Positions 20,494-34,840 of a stretch of 64,000 bases of DNA are shown one piece after another. How positions within the stretch are numbered: position 1 is the first letter of the stretch; every line of letters starts with the position of its first letter. This DNA is from Gammaproteobacteria bacterium (lineage in GTDB: Bacteria > Pseudomonadota > Gammaproteobacteria > S012-40): NCBI GenBank assembly GCA_029884425.1, contig JAOUHV010000009.1:1571-65570 (forward strand). Reading direction: 5' to 3'. A model generated the notes under the pieces. That model saw only the letters and a program-made list of their open reading frames with translations. It did no database searches and was not told the DNA's origin. The translations under genes were made by a program, and so were the position numbers.

Positions 20494-21783
20494 ATGAAAA
20501 TACTGGTCGTTGGCAGCGGTGGTCGCGAACACGCCCTGGCGTGGAAAGCCGCACAATCCCCCGAAGTAAGCAAAGTTTTTGTCGCCCCCGGCAATGCCGG
20601 CACTGCCCGCGAACCCAAACTGGAGAACCTCGCCATCGGTGTAACCGACATCGACAAACTGGTCGCCTTCGCCCGTGACAACGCCATCGCCCTGACCATC
20701 ATCGGTCCTGAGGCACCACTGGTCATCGGCGTAGTCGATGCCTTCCGCGCCGCCGGCCTGCGCTGCTTCGGCCCCACCAAGGGTGCCGCCCAGCTGGAAG
20801 GCTCCAAGGCGTTCACCAAAGATTTTCTGGCGCGACACAACATTCCCACCGCCGCCTACCAGAATTTCACCGAAATCGAACCAGCCATCGCCTATGTGCG
20901 CAAAATGGGCGCTCCCATTGTCGTCAAGGCTGACGGTCTGGCCGCCGGCAAAGGCGTGATCGTCGCCATGACCCTGGGCGAAGCCGAAGAGGCCATCCGC
21001 GACATGCTGTCCGGCAACGCCTTTGGCAACGCCGGCTCACGCGTGGTGATCGAGGAATTCCTCGACGGCGAGGAGGCCAGCTTCATCGTCATGGTCGACG
21101 GCAAAAACGTCCTGCCCATGGCCACCAGCCAGGATCACAAACGCGTCGGCGACGGCGACACCGGCCCCAACACCGGCGGCATGGGAGCCTATTCCCCTGC
21201 ACCCGTGGTCACCGCTGAGGTGCACGACCGCGTCATGCACGAAGTCATCATGCCCACCGTGCGCGGCATGGCCGCCGAAGGCAATCCCTACACCGGTTTT
21301 CTCTACGCCGGCCTGATGATAGACGCCAGCGGCGCGCCCAAGGTCATCGAGTACAACTGCCGTTTCGGCGATCCCGAAACCCAGCCGATCATGATGCGCC
21401 TGCAATCGGATCTGGTCGCCCTGTGCAACCAGGCACTGGACGGCAAACTGGACAGCGCCACCGCCAACTGGGATTCCCGTGCTGCGCTGGGCGTGGTGCT
21501 GGCCGCTGGCGGCTACCCCGGCGACTACGCCAAAGGCGACGTCATCAGCGGCCTGGATGGTGCCGATACCGCCGATGCCAAAATTTTCCACGCCGGCACC
21601 ACCAGCCAAAACGGCGAAGTGGTCACCGCCGGTGGTCGCGTACTGTGCGCCACCGCACTGGGCAACAGCGTTGGTGAAGCCCAGCGCAAAGCCTACCAGC
21701 TGGCCGACAAGATCCGCTGGAAGGGTCTGTTGATGCGCCGCGACATCGGCTATCGCGCCATCGACCGCGAGAAGGGTAAGTAA
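20494..21783 (+). CDS. purD: phosphoribosylamine--glycine ligase
   Basis: 429 aa. MKILVVGSGGREHALAWK N-terminus and an ATP-grasp core, collinear with E. coli PurD. Confidence 0.95.
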   Translation: MKILVVGSGGREHALAWKAAQSPEVSKVFVAPGNAGTAREPKLENLAIGVTDIDKLVAFARDNAIALTIIGPEAPLVIGVVDAFRAAGLRCFGPTKGAAQLEGSKAFTKDFLARHNIPTAAYQNFTEIEPAIAYVRKMGAPIVVKADGLAAGKGVIVAMTLGEAEEAIRDMLSGNAFGNAGSRVVIEEFLDGEEASFIVMVDGKNVLPMATSQDHKRVGDGDTGPNTGGMGAYSPAPVVTAEVHDRVMHEVIMPTVRGMAAEGNPYTGFLYAGLMIDASGAPKVIEYNCRFGDPETQPIMMRLQSDLVALCNQALDGKLDSATANWDSRAALGVVLAAGGYPGDYAKGDVISGLDGADTADAKIFHAGTTSQNGEVVTAGGRVLCATALGNSVGEAQRKAYQLADKIRWKGLLMRRDIGYRAIDREKGK

Positions 21784-21870
21784 CTCTTCTCCGCTCCCCG
21801 GCTAGAAACAGCACATTGAGCAGGGTTAAAATACACCCTGCACTCATATCGCCGCCGGCCAGGGACAACG

Positions 21871-22959
21871 ATGAGCAATGCGCGTTTCATCAAGGATTTT
21901 CACCAACTCTGCTGTCTGGGCGTCAACTCACGGGAGCTGATGCCCCATCTCATCCGCGAGGTCGAGAACAATATTCCAACCATTATGGTCAGTTTCCAGT
22001 GGACCAATGGCAACGGAAACACCGTCGATTATTACCACACCGGAGCCGACTTTCCGCTCGAACTGCAGCAGCGCTGCCTCGACGTCGTCATCAATGGCAC
22101 CGAGGCCGAATACGGTCCTACCACCCGCGATTTCCTGAGCGGTACCGAGTCCGTCATCAACTACAGTCAGCGCTATGCCCGGCGCTACCACAACTCCTCT
22201 GCCTACGATGAGGTCCACCGCCCAATCGGCATTTACCACTTCACCCGCGCTGCCACCCATGACGGCCAGCGCGCCACGGGACTGTTCCACTTCTGCCGCT
22301 CCCGACAAGACCCGGACTTTAGCGAGAATGAGCTATCCCTGATCCAGCAGCTACTCCCGCTGATCAGCCACGCGGTCAGTGCTGACAACAGCCATCCCGG
22401 CTATGACCAGCTCACCGATGGCGAGTTTGGCCAGATCGTGGTCACTCCCAGCGCCGGCGTCGAATACTGCGATGCGGAAGGCCAACAGTTTCTCAACCAC
22501 ATGATCAAGGTACCGCTACGCACCGGTCACAACGCAACACCGAAATTTGAGGAAATCGTGGCACAGCTGCTGCGCAAACTGAACCACCCGGAAGAGAAAC
22601 CTGCCCCGCCTGCCCTGCGCCTGCGCACCCTCTGGGGACACTTCACCCTACGTGCCACTTGGCTGCGCAGCAACCCTGCGCCTGAAAGCAAGCCGATGAT
22701 CTCCATCCAGGTGCAACATCACCTGCCGCTACCCCTGCGACTCTGGCAGCGACTACAGGAAAGCCCTCTCAGCAGCAAACAGAAAGAAATTGGCCTGTTG
22801 CTAACCCAAGGATTGGGACGCGAAGAAATCGCCCGTAGGCTCGGCCAAAGCCCTCACACCATCACCACTCATGTGCGCCAGCTTTATTTGCGGCTTCACG
22901 TCAGCAATCGCGAAGAACTACTCAAGCAACTTCTCACTCACTCCACCCACACTTTCTGA
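21871..22959 (+). CDS. LuxR-family transcriptional regulator with uncharacterised N-terminal domain
   Basis: 362 aa. C-terminal LuxR-type HTH (LSSKQKEIGLLLTQGLGREEIARRLGQSPHTITTHVRQLYLRLHVSNR). No receiver or autoinducer-binding domain recognised in the 290-aa N-terminal region. Confidence 0.7.
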   Translation: MSNARFIKDFHQLCCLGVNSRELMPHLIREVENNIPTIMVSFQWTNGNGNTVDYYHTGADFPLELQQRCLDVVINGTEAEYGPTTRDFLSGTESVINYSQRYARRYHNSSAYDEVHRPIGIYHFTRAATHDGQRATGLFHFCRSRQDPDFSENELSLIQQLLPLISHAVSADNSHPGYDQLTDGEFGQIVVTPSAGVEYCDAEGQQFLNHMIKVPLRTGHNATPKFEEIVAQLLRKLNHPEEKPAPPALRLRTLWGHFTLRATWLRSNPAPESKPMISIQVQHHLPLPLRLWQRLQESPLSSKQKEIGLLLTQGLGREEIARRLGQSPHTITTHVRQLYLRLHVSNREELLKQLLTHSTHTF

Positions 22960-23076
22960 TCCGCAGCATCCCCCCTGCGGGTGATATTCGCTGCAAATCG
23001 CCAGCGGTAAAATTCCCCGCATAGCCGAGGGAATTTTCATTCTCCCGGAACAATGATGTTTTTCAGGAGAACAACC

Positions 23077-23916
23077 ATGCACAAAATCACAACAGTAATC
23101 CGCTCACTGGCGCCTGCCCTCCTAGGCAGCGTCATGACACTAACAGCACTGCCTGCCATGGCGACGGCCAGCTACTCAATCTGGGGAGAACTCGATGCCG
23201 ATGTCACGGCGAGCTCCGACACCGGAGTAGGCACCAGTATCTACAACAGCAACACCACCCTCACCCCTGCAATGGCTGGCAACGGTACTCACACCGAATT
23301 CACCAATGGCAGCCAGAGCGCCCACACGGACGGAAGCTTCACCAGCACACTGGCATTGTTTGGCGTGGCCGGCGATGGCTCCGCAAATGGAAATTCCATG
23401 GCGTGGTATCAAGGCCACTCCTTCATGGACATCGTTTTTGGAAATTACGGCGAGGACATGGGTGGCGGAACTATCAACATTAACTTCGCCAAGCAGTTTT
23501 CGCGCGTCGACGCACTCACCGATCTGACTGGCGAATTGGCTGCTGCCAGATTCACCTTCGAGATAGCGTGGTACGAACTGGGTTCAGAAGCGGTTTCTCT
23601 ACTCAAAGTCAGCCACGAAGTTACTGCCCAACAAGGTGACAAGCAATCACTGGAGACATACTCCCTGCTGTGGCCCAATACCGACATCAGCTTCCACGCC
23701 AACAAGTCAGGAACGCTACTGTTTTACACCACACTGGAAGGCACAGCGGGAGCATCCTATCCGGAAACCGGCGGTGGCCAGGGTGGCGGTGGCGTGATTT
23801 GCGGCAATCTGGCCGCCTGCGACGTCAGCAGAGAGGTTCCAGCGCCAACAGCACTGCTCCTGCTCACACTTGGACTGGCTGGCATGGGTCTAGGCCGCAA
23901 ACATCGCACTGCTTGA
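23077..23916 (+). CDS. PEP-CTERM sorting-domain secreted protein
   Basis: Signal peptide (..LTALPAMATA), Ser/Thr/Gly/Asn-rich body, and C-terminal VPAPTALLLLTLGLAGMGLGRKHR, which is the PEP-CTERM pattern (VP.P + TM helix + basic tail). Start chosen at MHKITTV (AGGAGA Shine-Dalgarno) rather than 23053. Confidence 0.65.
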   Translation: MHKITTVIRSLAPALLGSVMTLTALPAMATASYSIWGELDADVTASSDTGVGTSIYNSNTTLTPAMAGNGTHTEFTNGSQSAHTDGSFTSTLALFGVAGDGSANGNSMAWYQGHSFMDIVFGNYGEDMGGGTININFAKQFSRVDALTDLTGELAAARFTFEIAWYELGSEAVSLLKVSHEVTAQQGDKQSLETYSLLWPNTDISFHANKSGTLLFYTTLEGTAGASYPETGGGQGGGGVICGNLAACDVSREVPAPTALLLLTLGLAGMGLGRKHRTA

Positions 23917-24151
23917 TTTTCCTGCGGACGCCATTAGCGGCGTCCGCCCCTCCCCCACTCGATCGAATTTGCAATCCGCACAACGATTTTTGCCCTGCCA
24001 GCTTCCTTATGGGAGAATGCTCCATCGTTTTGATACAACAATTTCAACAGGAATTAGAAAGTCCCCATGGCAATTCCTCAACCACGAAACCCTCGCCTGA
24101 GCTACCGCTCAACAACCGGTTTCAACCCAGCTCGCAAACAGGTCTGACGCG

Positions 24152-24712
24152 ATGTCCCTCGCACCGTTCCAAGCTCGCATCGCCGCTCAGGTACTCCGTG
24201 ACGGCGGTCTGATCGCCTATCCCACCGAGGCCGTCTTCGGTCTGGGCTGCGATCCGTTTGACGAAGCCGCCGTGCTCAACCTGCTGGAAGTCAAACGGCG
24301 CCCACTGGAAAAGGGCCTGATCCTGATCGCCGCCGACTTCAACCAGTTGTCACCCTGGCTGCGCCCGGTCGATGCCCAGGTCATGGCCCGCATCCAGCCC
24401 AGCTGGCCCGGCCCCCACACCTGGATTTTGCCGGCCAACGACGATTTGCCCGAGTGGATCACTGGCGCTCACGAAGGCGTGGCGGTGCGTGTCACCGCGC
24501 ATCCGGTGGCGGCTGAACTCTGCCGCGCATTCGGGGGTCCGATAGTCTCCACCAGTGCCAATCTCAGCGGCCTGACGCCTGCGCGCTGTGCACTGCAAGT
24601 GGAAAAACAGCTGGGCGGACTGGTGGATTTGGTCATCCACGGCGAGGTCAACAGAAAAGCCAAACCCAGCCAGATCCGCGACGCGCTGACCGGAAAAATA
24701 TTAAGGATGTAA
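24152..24712 (+). CDS. tsaC: L-threonylcarbamoyladenylate synthase TsaC (YrdC)
   Basis: 186 aa. IAYPTEAVFGLGCDP, KGLILIAA, SWPGP, VSTSANLSG and IRDALTG motifs, collinear with E. coli YrdC. Confidence 0.85.
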   Translation: MSLAPFQARIAAQVLRDGGLIAYPTEAVFGLGCDPFDEAAVLNLLEVKRRPLEKGLILIAADFNQLSPWLRPVDAQVMARIQPSWPGPHTWILPANDDLPEWITGAHEGVAVRVTAHPVAAELCRAFGGPIVSTSANLSGLTPARCALQVEKQLGGLVDLVIHGEVNRKAKPSQIRDALTGKILRM

Positions 24713-24715
24713 AAC

Positions 24716-24880
24716 GTAGGGTGCGCCACGCGCACCAGAGCAACATAAGAAAAATGAACACTAACCTTGGCTGCAACTTTAAACATAGGTAGGAACAATA
24801 CTCAGAGCAGTGTTTTTACCAAAACTTGTGCTCTGGTGCGCGCAGCGTTTATGCCCTCGGGGTACACCCTACGGATAAAG
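24716..24880. repeat. imperfect inverted repeat (~28-bp arms, ~90-bp spacer); possible miniature element or structured RNA
   Basis: CGTAGGGTGCGCCACGCGCACCAGAGCA at 24716-24743 pairs with TGCTCTGGTGCGCGCAGCG..GTACACCCTACGG at 24828-24880. It lies in the tsaC-hemF intergenic region. No other copy is seen in the window. Confidence 0.4.
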
Positions 24881-24942
24881 TTTCTTGTACAGGATCGAAG
24901 TCATCGCCAAAGTTGTGTACCCTTTCGCACCACGAATAATAA

Positions 24943-25890
<948 letters not shown>

Positions 25891-25906
25891 TCGCGAGGAG
25901 CAGCCC

Positions 25907-27199
25907 ATGAAAATCGCTTTCAGGCTCATTACCGGCCTGCTGTTTTTCTGGGCTGCCGCCACTGCCCAGGCACAAACCGCCACCGTCATTTATTCGGGCA
26001 ATCTTGATGGCGAACTTGAGCCGTGTGGTTGCTCCGAAACCGGCAACTTTGGCGGCATCCTGCGTCGCGTCACCGTCCTCGACGAATTACGCGAAAAAAA
26101 TTCGCCATTTTTTCTGCTGTCCGCTGGCGGCCTGATAGTCAACGAAGCGCCGCAAGACAAAAATAAAAGCGAATACATTTTCAAAGGCTTTGCCGCACTG
26201 AACTATGACGCAATCGGCGTACAGCACAACGACCTGGCATTCGGCGCGCCGTTTATGCAACAAGCCAAATTGCCCTGGACTGTCAGCAACAGCCAAATCA
26301 GTGACATCCCTGCATTTCGCGATATTCGCAAAGGCGATACCAGTCTGCGTTTTTTCCAGTGGATGAGTCCAGCCGAGCACAGTACGGTAGACAACACGCC
26401 GGTCGATGCCAGCAGCGCGGCAATCAACCGATTGAGCCAACAGCTACAGCAAGCACGCCAGCAACAGCAGCTCACCCTGGTTGCCAGCACACTGACGCTG
26501 GACGAGGCGAAAAAAATTCTGCCACTGGCGCTGATTGATCTGTTGATCATCAAGGCCAATTACGAAATCTACGGCGAGCCACAAAAAATCGGCGACACCA
26601 TCGTGCTGCAACCGGGTTCACGCGGTATGCGCCTGGGTCGACTGGAATTACAAATCAGCAATGGCCGCGTTCTCAGTTTCAAGCATGACGTCATCGCCAT
26701 GCCCAACACCATCGCCGATGCACCGCGCATGCACGACTGGTATGTCGCCTACAACAATGCCGCTGCCGAATTTTTCAAAGCAAAAATTGCCAAACAGAAA
26801 AACCTGAAAGACAGCGACAAACTGTTTGCCGGCGCACAAGCCTGTCAAAGCTGCCACCGCAGCGCATACGAAACCTGGCAAAAATCCAAACATGCCGAGG
26901 CGTACTACAAACTGATGGACGTGGAAAAAGGTTACGACCCGGACTGCGTCGGCTGTCATGTACTGGGATTGGATAAACCCGGCGGATTCCTCGACCCCAT
27001 GCTCACCGAAGACATGATGCACGTGCAGTGTGAAAACTGTCATGGCGCCGCCAAAGCACACGTCAACAGCGGCGGCCAAACCAAAACCAGCAACCACGAC
27101 TGGAAAGCCAGCGATCGATGCGCCCAATGCCACGTGCAAAAACACAGTCCGCAATTCAAATTTGATCAATACTGGCCACGCATCCAGCACGGGAAATAA
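25907..27199 (+). CDS. secreted fusion protein: degenerate 5'-nucleotidase/metallophosphatase-like N-domain + C-terminal tetraheme cytochrome c
   Basis: 430 aa. Signal peptide (AAATAQA). Four CxxCH motifs (CQSCH, CVGCH, CENCH, CAQCH) in the last ~130 aa. The N-domain aligns to the UshA N-domain pattern (TVIYSGNLDG / LLSAGG / YDAIGVQHNDLAFG vs ITVLHTNDHHG / LLSGGD / YDAMAIGNHEFD) with the metal ligands mostly substituted. It starts 16 nt after the hemF stop. Confidence 0.7.
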   Translation: MKIAFRLITGLLFFWAAATAQAQTATVIYSGNLDGELEPCGCSETGNFGGILRRVTVLDELREKNSPFFLLSAGGLIVNEAPQDKNKSEYIFKGFAALNYDAIGVQHNDLAFGAPFMQQAKLPWTVSNSQISDIPAFRDIRKGDTSLRFFQWMSPAEHSTVDNTPVDASSAAINRLSQQLQQARQQQQLTLVASTLTLDEAKKILPLALIDLLIIKANYEIYGEPQKIGDTIVLQPGSRGMRLGRLELQISNGRVLSFKHDVIAMPNTIADAPRMHDWYVAYNNAAAEFFKAKIAKQKNLKDSDKLFAGAQACQSCHRSAYETWQKSKHAEAYYKLMDVEKGYDPDCVGCHVLGLDKPGGFLDPMLTEDMMHVQCENCHGAAKAHVNSGGQTKTSNHDWKASDRCAQCHVQKHSPQFKFDQYWPRIQHGK

Positions 27200-27226
27200 A
27201 AAAGGCTCATCATTGATGAGCCTAAA
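27198..27226. terminator. bidirectional intrinsic terminator
   Basis: Perfect hairpin GGCTCATCA-tt-GATGAGCC flanked by an A-run upstream and AAAAT downstream. It serves the cytochrome gene (+) and the convergent minus-strand gene. Confidence 0.6.
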
Positions 27227-27256
27227 ATAGCGCGGACTTAAACAGGGGAGGAGGTG

Positions 27257-28315
27257 TTAATGCCGCGCATCTGTGGACAGTTTCAAACCATCCTTGCTCA
27301 CCAGCAACACCTGCTGCGGCGAGTGCTGGGCCTGCTCACGCACAACCAGCTCAACACCCATGGCTTTCAAACCAGACACAATTATCGCCGCATCATCGAC
27401 ACTGGCCAAACGCACTGATTGAATAGCATTACCGCTCAGCAAACGCTGCTTTAATTTCAAAAACGCCACCGGCGCTGAATCTGCGGACAAATCCACATCC
27501 GCCGAAAAATCTTTCTCCAAAGGCAATGCACTGGCCTCCCGAACCTCATCCACCCAGCGGTCCACCTGCTCACTCAGCGCCAACAACTGCGGTTGAGTTT
27601 TTTCGCCCTGCAACTGATGATGCAACTGGGTGAAGACATTGACCAAATCACGGCGATCAGGCAGCGCTCTGGCCAGCGGTAATGCCAAACCGCCCTCGAT
27701 GACTCGCACACCACCGCGTGACTGGATGGCCGCCTTGGCCACCAGATCCAACACATTTTCATTGCATACCAGCACCTGCGACAACTCACCCGCACTCAGC
27801 AAGGTATTGCGAAATTGTTGTTCACTGCGCGCCTCGTCCAGCAGTGCGGCAATCGGATTTTGCTGGGCATCGCGCCCCATGGAATCCAGCATGATCGCGG
27901 CGAAATCCTGCTTGCCAGCAAAATCTGCCAACAACTCCGTCAGGTCTGACGGCGACACCTGCAGAAAGTCATCCAGCAGTTCGGTAAAAAATGGTAACTG
28001 CTTGCGGCAAACCCAGTCGGTAAATGCCTCATCGCTGGCGGCGTCCGCCTCGAAGGTGTGTTCAATGCGGGCAATGGCGGCACGTGCGCGCACCACCGGA
28101 ATTTCCGGCCCCAGCAAAGTCAGGCCAGCATTGTTGGCCGCGCATTCGCCACCCAGGCGCAGGCGATAAAACGGTACCAGCTTGCCGTACATCTGTTTCA
28201 TAAATCCGTGCAGACCTATATCTGCCGCCAGCGGCTGAGAAAAATTATTTAAATAGGCGCTGATTCCAACACTCAATTTCATCGATTCATTCCTCACCGC
28301 AAGCTGTGCGGCCAA
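27257..28315 (-). CDS. hypothetical protein
   Basis: 352-aa ORF with consistent codon usage. No motifs recognised. The start is more likely the internal ATG at MKLSVGIS than 28315. Confidence 0.45.
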   Translation of the reverse strand: MAAQLAVRNESMKLSVGISAYLNNFSQPLAADIGLHGFMKQMYGKLVPFYRLRLGGECAANNAGLTLLGPEIPVVRARAAIARIEHTFEADAASDEAFTDWVCRKQLPFFTELLDDFLQVSPSDLTELLADFAGKQDFAAIMLDSMGRDAQQNPIAALLDEARSEQQFRNTLLSAGELSQVLVCNENVLDLVAKAAIQSRGGVRVIEGGLALPLARALPDRRDLVNVFTQLHHQLQGEKTQPQLLALSEQVDRWVDEVREASALPLEKDFSADVDLSADSAPVAFLKLKQRLLSGNAIQSVRLASVDDAAIIVSGLKAMGVELVVREQAQHSPQQVLLVSKDGLKLSTDARH

Positions 28316-28604
28316 CTTAATTCGTCCGCATTCCGACCCGAACGCGCCTTAAATATTGGTGACCATGGAAAAGGCGGTGGCATCAACCAGGCAAGGCTGG
28401 GCGAACCAGCAAATCCATCTTGCCCGGCGGGGGACCATCCGCCCCGCGTGGCTGCCTCCATGATCACCAACATGAGGACGCTTCAACACTCCCCCGCCAG
28501 GAGCATCCGGCTTGGAGCTGGGGAGTATTGCAACTTTAGTCGCTTGCGCTTATAAATAGAAATAATGATTATTGATTTACATATCTGTTTTTGGAATAAG
28601 GGAC

Positions 28605-29600
28605 ATGAAATTAAAACAGCTGCAATACATCAGCACCGTCGCCAAATGTGATTTCAACATCTCTCAGGCCGCCGACAAGCTGCATACCACCCAGCCCGGC
28701 GTCAGCACCCAAATCCGGCTGCTGGAGGAGGAGCTGGGCAGCCTGATTTTCGTCCGTCACGGCAAGCGCATCATTGAGCTAACCCCTGCCGGCCACGAGG
28801 TGCTGCGCCTGGCCGAGGAAGCCCTGCTGAAAGTCGACGCCATCCGCGAGGTCAGTGAGGATCTGAAACACGAGGATCGCGGCACCCTGACCATCGCCAC
28901 CACCCATACCCAGGCCCGCTACGCCCTGCCCAGCACCATTGCGGCGTTCGTCAAGGAATTCCCCAAGGTACAGCTGCGCATCCGCCAGAGTAATCCCACC
29001 GAGATTGCCAACATGGTGGTCAGGGGCGAAGCCGACATCGGCATTGCCACCGAATCCCTGGGCGAACACGACGAACTGCTGGTACTGCCGGTGTACCGCT
29101 GGAACCGCTGCGTCGTCGCCCCGCTAAACCATCCCATCCTGGCGGAGAAAAACCTGACGCTGCAAAAAATCAGCGAATACCCGATTGTCACCTACGACTT
29201 CGCCTTCGCTGGCCGAACCGCGATGAACAAGGCATTTTCCATCCGTCGCCTCAAACCCAATGTGGTGCTGTCAGCGGTGGACGGTGACGTCATCAAGCAC
29301 TACGTGGAATTGGGACTGGGCATAGGCATTCTCGGCAACATGGCCTACGACCCGCGCACCGATACCGGGTTGCGCTCGGTGGACGTCAGCGACTTGTTTG
29401 ACGACAGTATTTCCAAACTGGGGGTGCGTAAAGGCCGCTATCTGCGCCAGTACGTCTATCGGTTCATGGAGTTGTTCGGCCCGCACCTGGTGCGCCGGGT
29501 AATTGAGCCGGCGATCATGGGCGGCAAGCTGGAAGAAAACACCTTTGATCTGGACAAGCTGCCCACGCTGACCAAGCCGAACACACCACTAAGTCAGTAA
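28605..29600 (+). CDS. cysB: LysR-type transcriptional regulator CysB
   Basis: Collinear and very similar to E. coli CysB (MKLKQLQYI..QPGVSTQIRLLEEELG..TIATTHTQARYALP..). Start at MKLKQLQ; the ORF track begins 11 codons upstream at 28572. Confidence 0.85.
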   Translation: MKLKQLQYISTVAKCDFNISQAADKLHTTQPGVSTQIRLLEEELGSLIFVRHGKRIIELTPAGHEVLRLAEEALLKVDAIREVSEDLKHEDRGTLTIATTHTQARYALPSTIAAFVKEFPKVQLRIRQSNPTEIANMVVRGEADIGIATESLGEHDELLVLPVYRWNRCVVAPLNHPILAEKNLTLQKISEYPIVTYDFAFAGRTAMNKAFSIRRLKPNVVLSAVDGDVIKHYVELGLGIGILGNMAYDPRTDTGLRSVDVSDLFDDSISKLGVRKGRYLRQYVYRFMELFGPHLVRRVIEPAIMGGKLEENTFDLDKLPTLTKPNTPLSQ

Positions 29601-30511
29601 ATGCTCGCCTCGCCTTCCGGCCTGACGCGAAATCGGTGATAAGCCCACTGGTATTGCGTAGGCAGGGCGCGGATGGCCTGCTCCACCTCGCGATTGAGCG
29701 CAGCTAACGCCACGTCCTCGTCGGTGCTGTAGATGTCCTCATGCGCCGGACGAATCACCACCCTGTAACCCGTCGCCCCGGGCAAGCGCTCGGCGTAGCA
29801 GGTGAACACCGGCGAGCCACTCTTGCCGGCGATCTTCGACAACAAGGTCATGGTATTGGCCGGCACACCAAACAACGGCGCAAGCCGACCATTGCCGGGA
29901 CCGGGGTCCTGGTCCGGCAACATGCCGATAATGCCACCATCGCGCAGCGCCTTGAGCAAGGCGCGAATCCCCTGCAGGTCGGTGGGCACAATTTTCATTC
30001 CGGCGCGCTGCCGCCCGGCCAGCATCATTGGCTCCAGCGCCTTGATTTGCGGCGGACGGTACATGTTGGTCATCGGATAGTGGTGAGCAATGTAGTGCCC
30101 CAGCAATTCCCACGATCCCAGATGCGGTGCCAGCACGATCGCGCCTTTACCCTGGGCAATGGCCGCGTCCAGCGTTTCCTTGCCTTCGACTTCACGCACC
30201 AGTGGCAGCAATCTCTCCAGCGGCCAGCCCCACATCGGCCCCAGCTCGGACAGCGTCTTGCCCGCTTCGACAAAACTGTCGCGCAGCAGTGTTTGTTGCT
30301 GAACTGCGGACAACTCAGGCAGACACAGCCGAACATTGACTTCGGCCAGATGCCGGCCATGGGCAGAAAAACGATACACCAGACGCCCCAGTCCGCTTCC
30401 CAGCAGTCGATTGAGCGACAGCGGCAAACGGCACAGCAGCCAAAACAGAATTTTCACCAGCGGCTCACGCAGGGCGTGGCGCAAACGACGCGCAAAAGAA
30501 GACTTTTTCAT
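29594..30511 (-). CDS. lipid A biosynthesis lauroyl/myristoyl acyltransferase (LpxL/LpxM family)
   Basis: 305 aa. N-terminal TM segment, HX4D-type acyltransferase region (APHLGSWELL), and a C-terminus YQWAYHRFRVRPEGE matching HtrB YMWLHRRFKTRPEG. Confidence 0.8.
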   Translation of the reverse strand: MKKSSFARRLRHALREPLVKILFWLLCRLPLSLNRLLGSGLGRLVYRFSAHGRHLAEVNVRLCLPELSAVQQQTLLRDSFVEAGKTLSELGPMWGWPLERLLPLVREVEGKETLDAAIAQGKGAIVLAPHLGSWELLGHYIAHHYPMTNMYRPPQIKALEPMMLAGRQRAGMKIVPTDLQGIRALLKALRDGGIIGMLPDQDPGPGNGRLAPLFGVPANTMTLLSKIAGKSGSPVFTCYAERLPGATGYRVVIRPAHEDIYSTDEDVALAALNREVEQAIRALPTQYQWAYHRFRVRPEGEASIY

Positions 30512-30601
30512 AGGCGCTGCGAGCTTACCACAGTCCCTGTGATTTTGCCGATGCCGGCGTATCGGAGTATCATTCGCCGCAGATTTTCACAACGGTGCAT
30601 C

Positions 30602-31027
30602 ATGAGCGACAAAGTCATTGAACTGGCCCCAACCGAGGCCTTCAACATCCTGAAAAAAAACCCCAATGCGGTACTGATCGACATCCGCTCCTCGCAGGAG
30701 TTTCTGTTCGTCGGCCACCCCAAAGGCGCAGTCAGCGTACCCTGGATAGACGAGCCCGACTGGATTGTTGACCCTCACTTCACCGCCAATGTACGTCGCG
30801 TGATGCTGGGCGGCACCAACGACGAAGGCGAAGCCAATCCGCCGATGTGCATCCTGATCTGCCGCAGCGGCCGCCGCTCCCACGAAGCCGGCGAACGCCT
30901 GCTCAGCAGCGGCCTGCGCAACATCTACCACATCTCCGGCGGCTTTGAAGGCCCGCTGAACGACGATCACCAGCGTTCACGCATCGCCGGCTGGCGATTT
31001 GAGGGCCTACCCTGGGAACAGTGCTAG
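30602..31027 (+). CDS. single-domain rhodanese (sulfurtransferase) protein
   Basis: 141 aa. Active-site loop ICRSGRRS (CX4R) and typical rhodanese spacing. Only the 3' third of ORF 29741-31027 is real; its upstream part is antisense to the lpxL-like gene. Confidence 0.75.
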   Translation: MSDKVIELAPTEAFNILKKNPNAVLIDIRSSQEFLFVGHPKGAVSVPWIDEPDWIVDPHFTANVRRVMLGGTNDEGEANPPMCILICRSGRRSHEAGERLLSSGLRNIYHISGGFEGPLNDDHQRSRIAGWRFEGLPWEQC

Positions 31028-31104
31028 GCCAGAAACCTGAAGAATCCCGCTAAAGCGTGTTAAAATGCGCGCTTTATCTTGATTATTCCGGGATTTGCAG
31101 GTCG

Positions 31105-34833
<3,729 letters not shown>

Positions 34834-34840
34834 CAAAAAA

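Noticed and set aside
21037-21609. 190-aa minus-strand Gly/Ala-rich ORF
   Set aside because: It is antisense to purD and its product is low-complexity.
23670-24212. 180-aa plus-strand ORF spanning the end of the PEP-CTERM gene into the tsaC upstream region
   Set aside because: It is out of frame with and overlapping the PEP-CTERM gene. It is Arg/Pro/Ser-rich with no motif and is likely spurious.
29741-30601. 5' two-thirds of the 428-aa ORF 29741-31027 (+)
   Set aside because: It is antisense to the well-supported lpxL-family gene and has no recognisable motifs. Only the C-terminal 141 aa starting at the ATG at 30602 form a genuine rhodanese gene.
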